This document shows, in pieces, positions 55,830 through 64,000 of a stretch of DNA of 64,000 nucleotides. The notes under the pieces are model-generated. The model ran no database searches. It had not been told where the DNA came from and saw only the letters and a list, made by a program, of their open reading frames with translations. Position 1 is the stretch's first letter; each line of letters opens with the position of its first letter. Origin of the DNA: the human T2T-CHM13v2.0 reference genome, Homo sapiens. The position numbers were made by a program, and so were the translations under genes. The stretch is taken from assembly GCF_009914755.1 (NCBI RefSeq), contig NC_060935.1; one strand, written 5' to 3'.

Positions 55830-56160
55830 AAAAAATGGTAGGTTTTGTTGTCATACAAATCTTGGTTCTAATTCTTGTCATTTGTTGGGTCTGTAACCTC
55901 AGGCCATTCTTGTCACTTGTTGGATCTGTGACCTCAGGCCATTCTTGTCACTTGTTGGGTCTGTAACCTCAGACAATTGTTGTCACTTGTTGGGTCTGTG
56001 ACCTCAGACAATCCTTGTCATTTGTTGAATCTGTGACCTCAGACAATTCTTGTCATTTGTTGGGTCTGTGACCTCAGACAATTCACCCGGGCTTTAGATT
56101 GCTCACTATGGAATAGAGATAATAATATCTTCTTCTTGAGGTTGTCACCTAGCTTGTGAG
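55830..56160 (+). mobile_element. MIR hosting a minisatellite
   Basis: MIR-like flanks 'aaatcttggttctaatt' and 'ggaatagagataataatatcttcttcttgaggttg'. Confidence 0.6.
55871..56084. repeat. 35 bp minisatellite, 6 copies
   Basis: Unit attcttgtca(t/c)ttgttgggtctgt(g/a)acctcag(aca/gcc) starts at 55871, 55906, 55941, 55976, 56011, 56046; head-to-tail, no spacers. Confidence 0.97.
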
Positions 56161-57938
56161 ACAGGCACACCTTTCATTACCCTGTGAATGTTCTCAGCCT
56201 TTCCTTTTCCTACTCCATATAGCCCCAACCACCCCATCAAAGAAAATGTCTTTGTTGGCAGCCAGTAAAGCTTTTCTTCCTCCTTCATCCAAATGAGAAT
56301 TCTGTCTTTGACAGCTGGTTATGCAGTTTTTGTGATATAGAATCCACTGAATGAGTAGAGAGAGACTTGACTGGAAAGGTAGGAGGTAGCAGAGAAAGGA
56401 ATGAAAGACTAGGGCCTGGTGGCAGGAGCTCCAGAAGGGACCCGAGGACACTGGAAGGGGAAGGTCTAAAGGAGGGCTCCAAGGTAGTAGCTGTGGGGCA
56501 GAGGAGAGCTGGGGTTGGGAGTCAAGGTGGTTTGACTGTTTGTTCTGGGGAAGTGTTGCTCTATATTATGAATTGGTTTCTCTTTTATATAGTTCCAAGA
56601 GTTAAAATTGCAATCCTCTTGACCCTTATTTATGACTTGCAGACTGTGATAATTTGAATGAATGGACTACTCCAGAATTGGGTAGGTAGAGGCCCAGATC
56701 TTAGCAAGTGTAAACCGAAATAAGATAATGTATGCAAAGCTCCTTGGGCATTGCTTGGAACATGGAAGACACTTAATACATTAATCCCATTGTCCCCACA
56801 CCCAGTGGTCTTACTGATACAGTCCTGGGTTAGGTTGACAAAGTGATGTGGCAGATGAAGGAAATCACTGATGCAGATCACTTCTAAAGCTCCTTTTGCT
56901 TCAATTATTTCACTATTTCTAAGGAAAATGGTGTTTAGGGCTTGAATTATTTGGATAGTTGATAAGTGGCCACTTTACTTGCCCTAAAGTGAGAAAGCAC
57001 TGCAGGGCCTGTTGCAAATTTGGCTTCTGTGGGTTGCCTTTCCTTTCTAGGTTGTTGATTGAAAATAGTGAATAAGACCTGATATTCTCAAGCCAGCTGC
57101 CAATCATGAGTTAGATCCTCAAGTCCCATTGGCTAGATTTGAGGTGGTGTGCAGGTCAGCCTCTGGGGCTGCAGCTACATGATGATTCAAACTTCCAGAG
57201 CTGGGCTGACCTTTCCAATCGACATTGGCAGGTTCAGGGCTCTGCAGAAGGGGATGCAGCTCTGAATGGCAGTTTAAAAAGGAGAATAAGCAGAACAAGA
57301 AGAAGAATAAATCAAAAACAAATAAATAAAACACAAGAAGAGAAAGGAGATTTCAACATCAAAGGAAATAAATGCTATGAAAGATAAAGAGAAGATTCTG
57401 ACTATTTAGTCCTCGTTGGTGGCTCCCGTCGCCTTTCCCTTTTGACACTCTTGTCTGCATTCTGGGGAAAATGGAGGAAAACATTCTCACTGATTTTTGT
57501 CAAGTGAAAGATGCTTAATATGGTAATCAGTCCCTTCTGAGGAGCATGTGAGTAGAAGCTCAGCCCCAGCAGCAATGATTATACAGTCCCTAATTGTCTC
57601 TGGTGTCGGCTCAGACCAAAGAAGATGAAGGCAAGAGGGGGGAGCCACCAAAAGAGGGAATTTTAATCATGTACCATGGGGCATTCTGAACTTCTCAAAC
57701 CATGTGGGTGGAAAGCTGGTGATGGGGGAACTGTACAAATCCTAGTTTTTAACTTGACACTTACTGAAACTGATTTTTGATCTTTGCTTTTGTTTTTAAT
57801 TTTTATAGCTTGATTCCCCCAGAAGGATTTGAGCACTTGTTTAGGAACCTGCGCTGAATCCTAATCTGCTTGTTTCCTCATGAAGTTCCTCCACTGGAGT
57901 TTTGTTAAAAAGCATGATGGATGACCTTCAAACAGGAG

Positions 57939-58721
57939 TGACCAGCTCCTGAAGCTTGGCGGGGCATCCGCCTGCCCAGTGCAGTAACATTAGGTTTCCA
58001 CACTGAGTCCGCAGCAGGCGAAAGGACGGTGTTAATTTGCAGGGCACCAAGCAAAGAGGACAAGGCAGCTAACACTTAAAGCCTGACCTCTCTGATGGCT
58101 TGCAGAAAAGGATTTTTAAAGGCAGGGGTAAATTTCAGGAAAGCAGAAATTAAAGGCAAAAATTATTAAATCCGTGCAAGACGTTTCATATTGGTTTTGG
58201 CCTAAATGGGTGGGATATCTTGAAGGGGTAGGGGCTTATAGGTCAAAGGTGAATTCAAAGATTTTCTGATTTGCAGTTGGTTAAGGAAGAGAAGCTTTGC
58301 TTAAAAATTGGGGTCAGCAGAAAAGCATGTGAGCTCTGGCTCATGGGTGTGACTTCCTCAGGCCCTTCAGGAAGAAATTTAGAACAAAGAATGGAGGGTT
58401 CAGCCTTCAGTTCCCCTTTATCTGAGGTCTGTGTGCCAGTGGATCTGTTTGGTGGGGGTCTGGGTTTCTGAGAAACAATCAGGAACACAGGTTAAGATGG
58501 CTATCTGTAGCTTCTATAGGCAACCAAACATCTCCTGACTCTACCTTCCTTGGCTATTGTTTTAAGTTACTATTACCTTCTTGCTTATCAAATTACTCAT
58601 TTACTTTTTAAGGCAAGCCAGGTGCCTGGAGTTTCCTTTGAAGGAATTCAAGATTTTCTTTTGTGTTCATGCTGGCTGGTAGCAGGTATAGGACTATAAG
58701 AAGGGTCTCTGCTCCATCTCA
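57939..58721 (-). mobile_element. MER39-like ERV1 solo LTR
   Basis: 'ccttggctattgttttaagttactattaccttcttgcttatcaa...ggtgcctggagtttcctttgaagg...ctgctccatctca'; left edge approximate. Confidence 0.8.
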
Positions 58722-58889
58722 GGACTAGGCAGCAGCAGCTGCTGCTCTCTCCTCTAGGCCAATAAAAATAAGCCTTCACCTTCAGATGCATTGGGGAGTC
58801 ACTCCTGAAAAGTCAACATTGCTAAGAAGCCCTAACATGATCTCTCACCATTCATTCACCACTGAGCCATTCAGCCCTTTACCTGGAGG

Positions 58890-59030
58890 CAAAATACCCT
58901 GGTGAAAAGTGTGAGCTCTGGAGCCAAGTGACCTGCCCAGTTACATGCTAGCTGTGTGGCCTTGGGAAAGAGAGACAGTTACTACGTACTCAGTGGAGTT
59001 GTAGTGAGGATATGCATCTGTGGGGATGGG
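58890..59030 (+). mobile_element. MIR relic
   Basis: 'gagctctggagcca...ctagctgtgtggccttggg...gttgtagtgagga'. Confidence 0.7.
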
Positions 59031-59043
59031 CAGGCAGACACAT

Positions 59044-59395
59044 TGTATTAGTTTGTCTTCACACTGCTGATAAAGACATATCCAAGACTGGGTAATTTAT
59101 AAAGAAACAGCAGTTTAATGGACTTACAGTTCCATATGGCTGGGGAGGCCTCACAATCATGGCGGAAGGCAAAAGGCACATCTCAGATGGCAGCAGACAA
59201 GAGAGAATGACGGCCACATGAAAGGGGTTTTCCCATCAGATCTCATGAGATTTACTCACTACCACGAGAACAGTGTGGAGGAAACTGCTTCCATGATTCA
59301 GTTATCTCCCACCAGGTCCCTCCCACAACACGTGGGAATTATGGGAACTACAATGCAAGATGAGATTTGGGTGGGGACACAGCCAAACCATATCA
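59044..59395 (-). mobile_element. THE1 (THE1B-like) solo LTR
   Basis: tgtattag...ccaaaccatatca termini; TSD cacat/gacat. Confidence 0.95.
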
Positions 59396-59937
59396 GACAT
59401 TGATAGAGAAATGGAAAGAGAGAGCAAACAAGAGGGTCCTGCTCAGCGCTGGTCACATAACCGACACTCAGAACAGGTAGTAGTGTTCAGCCTCCCTGCA
59501 AACACAGTGCCAACTCTAAGCTGGCACTGAGCTAGGTACTGAGGTAGCAAAAATAAAATATATGCATCCTAGGAAGAAACTGTTTGGGAATCTAACATTA
59601 TTTTTAATCTCCTGCATATAGAAACAACAGACTACACCATGATCTCTGCAAAGGCATCAGCTATGCCTGAGGTGGTTGTATAGCACAAGATGTAGGCAGG
59701 CATTTTCAAGCAAAAGATTTTAAGGAAAATCTCGTCTTGTCATTTCTTGAAGGACTGCAGAAGAAGTAGGACTTTGGTGTAATAATGACTCTATAGTGTA
59801 ATTTCTTAAAAGAATTGTTCAGTCTTAATTGAGAAGTGATTAATACATAAATTTCAGGCATCCATAGCAGAGCTTAATGGAAGAAGATATTTTGGGGTGG
59901 GAGAGGGAATGGAGACTTTACGAGTGTCCCATAAATC

Positions 59938-60097
59938 CCTGCTTCTGAAACTGTACTGTGAACAGACATCACTCAGGAATCTTGTTAAAATGCAAATTTT
60001 GTAGTTGGTCTGAGGTGGGGCTTAAGAGCCTGAATTTCTGAAGTCCCCCGGTGCTGCTGGTGCCGCTGGTCCTGTGACTGCACTTTGAGTAACAAGG
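59938..60097. mobile_element. MER5-family hAT MITE
   Basis: 'cttgttaaaatgcaaatt...ggtctgaggtggggc...gctggtcc...cactttgagtaacaagg'. Confidence 0.85.
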
Positions 60098-60911
60098 TAA
60101 TAAACACAACATTTCGGTAGCTATGTCTACCCCTGCAGGGAGGGAGCATTGCCCCTCTGTCAGCAGGAAGGTGGGTGTGATTCATGAAACTTCCTTCTTG
60201 GACTACATTTTCTATCCCATTGGTCCTGCTTCAGCTAAAAACCCCGCTTGACTCATCAGGTAAACTCTCTCCAACCTCCTAGAAACACATCTCCCAGAGA
60301 GACAACTGAACAATGACTCCTCGTGGGCTTCTATTTGGAGCTCAGCAGGTGAGAGATTGCACGACTTCCTTGGATTGCACCAGCAAGAATTCTATCTCTG
60401 CTGGCTGCAGCTCTTCCCATGTTTGGACGACAATGATTAAAGGCCCATGCGTTTCCAGCGAAGTGTTGACGATTGGCTGGCAGGCTTGAAAACACCCACT
60501 TTTCCAGAGGTTGGTAAGCATTGGGGAAATATTTTTCATGCTGAGCAGGACTATGTAAATTGCCCAGCATCTGGAACAAATTGCTGTATGGATACCTGGG
60601 CTGTGGAGGATCAGGTGAGAAAAGGCTGCTATTCTTTGAAAAAATAAAAATAAAAATAAACAGCATCCTGACTTGCAGGCGAGGGAAGGGCAGCCACAGG
60701 ATCCTGGGATGCTGTGGGGCTTCCCTGTTCAGTTGTGGGGAGCAGCATTCCCCTGGTAGTGTTGGGAGGAGAAGCCCCCTTGCTAGAAACCCAGAAAGCA
60801 GAGTTTTGCAGGGAAAATGGAAAAATGTTCACTGTGAAGAGGGAAGTGGGGCTCACTATGGACTCCAGAGCATGTGAATCACGCTGTGGCTCCAAGTCCC
60901 AGACAGTAGTC

Positions 60912-61215
60912 ATTATTTCATTTTATTTTATTTATTTATTTTTAGAGACAGTTTCTTGCTCTGTTGCCCAGGCTTGAGTGCAGTGGCACCATCATAGCTT
61001 ACTACAGCCTCGAATTCCCCGGGCTCAAGTGATCCTCCCACCCCAGCGTCCCAAAGGGTTGGGACTACAGGCACACGCATGCACTCTCAGCTATTTGTAG
61101 AGACAGGGTCTGGCTATATTGCTCAGGCTGGTTGCAAACTCCTGGGTTCAAGCAATCCTTCCACCTCGGCCTCCTAAGGTACTGGGATTCCAAGTGTGAG
61201 CCACCATGCTGAGCT
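60912..61215 (-). mobile_element. AluJ
   Basis: J diagnostics 'atcatagcttactacagcctcgaa'; TSD ccagaca(g/c)tagt (60899-60910, 61216-61227). Confidence 0.92.
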
Positions 61216-61227
61216 CCAGACACTAGT

Positions 61228-61435
61228 AACAATAACTAAAAGCTGTCCCTTGCCAAGAGCATTTAAGTGCTGGGGGCTGTGCCTGGTTCTTATTTGCATT
61301 ACTCCGTTAATCCTCAGAGCAATTATTTGAAGTAAGTTAGATGCTTTTCTAGCCCCATTTTATTGGTGAAAAAATTGAGGCCTAGAGAGGTGAAGTGAAT
61401 TGCCCAAGAACACGCAGCTGGTAAGTGGAGCCCAT
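61228..61435 (-). mobile_element. MIR
   Basis: 'ccccattttattggtgaaaaaattgaggcctagagaggtgaagtgaattgcccaag'. Confidence 0.8.
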
Positions 61436-62182
61436 GATAACTGAAGAGACTTGGCAGTATCCTGGGAATGCAAGTGTTTGCAGATTGGGAAGCAACAGGA
61501 ATGGGCACCTGAAGCAACAGGGATGGGGTCAGCAGGTCTCTTCTTCTTTGGCAGGCCCTCCTCCTGGCAACATCAGCCTGCCCCTCAGCACCTAGGGGAA
61601 TTCTGCTGCCCTCTTTGTGGGCGCTTTCCTCCCACCCTAGAGCCTCTTCCACCCCACCAAGTATTGGTTCCTGTACCCAGTTCTTTCCCCTTAGGAATAT
61701 CTCCCCACCTTTAGCCATCAGAAGCTGCATGTCCCACTTTCACTGCCTCTTGTCTGTGACAAGAGTGACAGGGAGAAAGGCTGATAAACTGGTCCACGCT
61801 GCTGCGCAGCTGAGAGTGGGCCGGCTCCGGCCACCTGATGGCACCCCTCTTCCCTGGCAAGAGGGCACTTAGCAAACATGACACAGGCAATACAACAAAC
61901 AGCAAAGCCCTAGTTCCTGAGTTAGTGACACACGGCTCCTGCTCCTACCCAGGCCAACAAGCTGAGGCACATCATGCACTTAGCCCAGCAGCAATAAAGA
62001 TTCATGCTCTCCACACTTCGTGCCACTCATCAATCAGTCCTTTGACTTGCTTTTGGTCTGCTTCTTCTCCCGATATTCTCAACTCTTCAGAATTTTGCTC
62101 CAATGTGTCATCGCTTCCCATTTCTTTAACAATTTATTTCCTTCGATTTCTTCTTTTCTGCCCAGAATTTTACTGTTCCTCC

Positions 62183-62660
62183 TGTGGTAGGTGGGAAAAA
62201 AATGCCCCCCTAAAGATGTATTCATGTCCTAATTCCTGGAACCTGTGAATATTGCCTTACAAGGCAGAGGAGTGAACATCATCTTCATTGGCAAAAGATG
62301 TGATTAAGTTAAATTTGTTGGAAGGAGGAACGTGTTCTGTATCATCAGGGTGGTCCTAAATCCAATCATAAGTGACCTTATGGAGAGAAGCAGAGGGAGT
62401 TTTGAGACTGGCACGCAGAGAAGGTGAAGATAGGGACTGACACTGGAGTGATGCAGCCACAAGTCGCAGAGTGCGCACAGCCACCAGAAGCTGCAGAAGG
62501 CAAGGAATAGACTTTCTTCTGGAAGCTACAGAGGGCGTATGGCCTGTCGACATCTTGGTTTTGGGCTTATGACTTCTAGAACCATGGAAGAATGAATTTC
62601 TGTTGTTTGATGATGCCGGTTTAGGGCAATTTGTTATGGCAACCCTGGGGGGTGAATACA
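62183..62660 (+). mobile_element. MLT1C/D-like solo LTR
   Basis: tgtggtagg...gaataca termini; perfect TSD CCTCC (62178-62182, 62661-62665). Confidence 0.92.
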
Positions 62661-63002
62661 CCTCCTCCCTGAGCCCCGGCTCTCTCCTGCAGTGGCTGCA
62701 TTTCTTTCATACCTGTATCATCTCTCTGCCTTGAAATTTGGTTTCAAATGCCCTGATAAGGCCAGCTGCAGCCTCTTAACTCTCTAATGTCTAGGCCAGG
62801 CCTGTGGTGTTCCATGCAGCTTCCTTCCTCTCCAATGTTACTTCTAATTTTGCCCATCTTTTCTGTGTAACTGTTCCTTTCTTTTGGGCTTCCATTTCTC
62901 TGTCAATCTTTGAAGCACTGGCTGTCATCTGGATTCCCCTTGTTGACTCACTGTCCTCTATGTCCACATCGCCTACTAGTAAGATTTAGCTAGAAGGCCC
63001 AT

Positions 63003-63430
63003 TGATGTGGTTCAGATATTCATCCCTTCCAAATGTCATGTTAAAATCTGATCTCCAGTTTTGGAGTGGGGGCCTGGTGGGAGGTGTTTGGGTCATGGAC
63101 GTAGAGCTCTCATGCATAGTTTGTTGCCATCCTTGCAGTGATAAGTGGGTTATCACTCTATCAGTTCCCAGGAGACCTGATTGTTAAAAAGAGCCTGGCA
63201 CCTTCCTCCCTTCTCTCTCTCACTCCCTGTCTTGCCATGCAACATGCTGGCTCCCCTTCCCCTTCTGCCATGACTGGGAACTTCCTGAGGTCCTCGCCAG
63301 AAGGAGATGCCAGCACCATGCTTCTTGTACAGCCTGCAGAACCTTGAACCAATTAAACCTCTTTTCTTGATAAATTATTTAGCTTCAGGTAGTGTTTTAT
63401 AGCAATGCAAATAGACAAGTGGACTAAGAC
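63003..63430 (+). mobile_element. MSTB-like MaLR solo LTR
   Basis: 'tgatgtggtt...gggcctggtgggaggtgtttgggtcatgg...cagcctgcagaacc...ggactaagac'; TSD cccat/cccgt. Confidence 0.92.
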
Positions 63431-64000
63431 CCGTGGTCGTCGGCAAGGGCTGTGTTCAAGTCTTATTCCAAACCTCAATCACTACTTCTCCTCTTCTGCT
63501 CCCAACTCCCACAACCTAAGCTGACTCTACCTCTTTTGGTTTTGTTAGAATCAAAAGTAGCAATCATCCACGGCCACTAAACCAAGAGGCGCATCAGACA
63601 CAGCAGGACCATTGACACAGCAGGGCTCCTGTGCAGGCCTTTAATCAAGGCCCTCATTGGCTGCTGTCCTGGCTTTCCAAACATTCTTTGTCTTACACTG
63701 TGGAACACAGCCAGAGCTGGGACCAGAAAAGGGTTCTCTGTCCCTGGGGGTCATATATAGGCCTCACTCAGACTTTCTACCAGGTTATTCCAGTGCTTAT
63801 CCAATGGCTTCTGAAAAAATGCAGGCCACTCCTTCAGCAGGAGACCAGCCCCCTAGCCACTGGCTTGCCTGGGCACACCATGCCCTCAGTATTCATGCTG
63901 CCTGTTGCTAACAGGTAAGAAAGGGGCAGCACGATGCTGTGAGCAGAGCCAGTAAGGGGTGAGCCTGGGACTGGTGGCTTCGTAGCTCAGCAACAGGTGG

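Noticed and set aside
55871-56084. CRISPR array (35 bp repeats)
   Set aside because: Units are directly adjacent with no unique spacers, there are no cas genes, and the context is primate DNA.

Overview
This is primate (catarrhine, human-like) euchromatic non-coding DNA. I can support no protein-coding exon, tRNA, rRNA or CRISPR array. The ORF track is chance ORFs plus decayed L1 ORF1/ORF2 fragments. Much of the window is interspersed repeats: 8 Alus plus one FRAM monomer, a ~7 kb near-full-length antisense L1MA (28736-35767), a 2.2 kb 5'-truncated L1PA (20988-23236), several L1 3' fragments, about 16 solo LTRs (THE1, MST, MLT1, MER52, MER39-like, LTR16), two hAT MITEs and many MIR/L2 relics. 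Many elements still show target-site duplications (TSDs). Subfamily names come from my recall of the consensus sequences, not from an alignment run. The most unusual structures are: (1) a ~300 bp cluster of a ~46 bp unit in mixed direct and inverted orientation (48535-48828); (2) a templated-insertion scar in the L1MA, where ~590 bp of ORF2 is replaced by fold-back filler plus a copy of its own inter-ORF/ORF2-start segment (30584-30850); (3) a 35 bp x6 minisatellite born inside a MIR (55871-56084); (4) an Alu with a duplicated A-box segment and a closely spaced inverted Alu pair. Several repeat-free, homeodomain/TALE-motif-rich islands look like developmental enhancers. L1s and LTRs are strongly biased to the minus strand, which hints at an intron of a plus-strand gene. 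I found no convincing evidence of a new multi-gene biological system.
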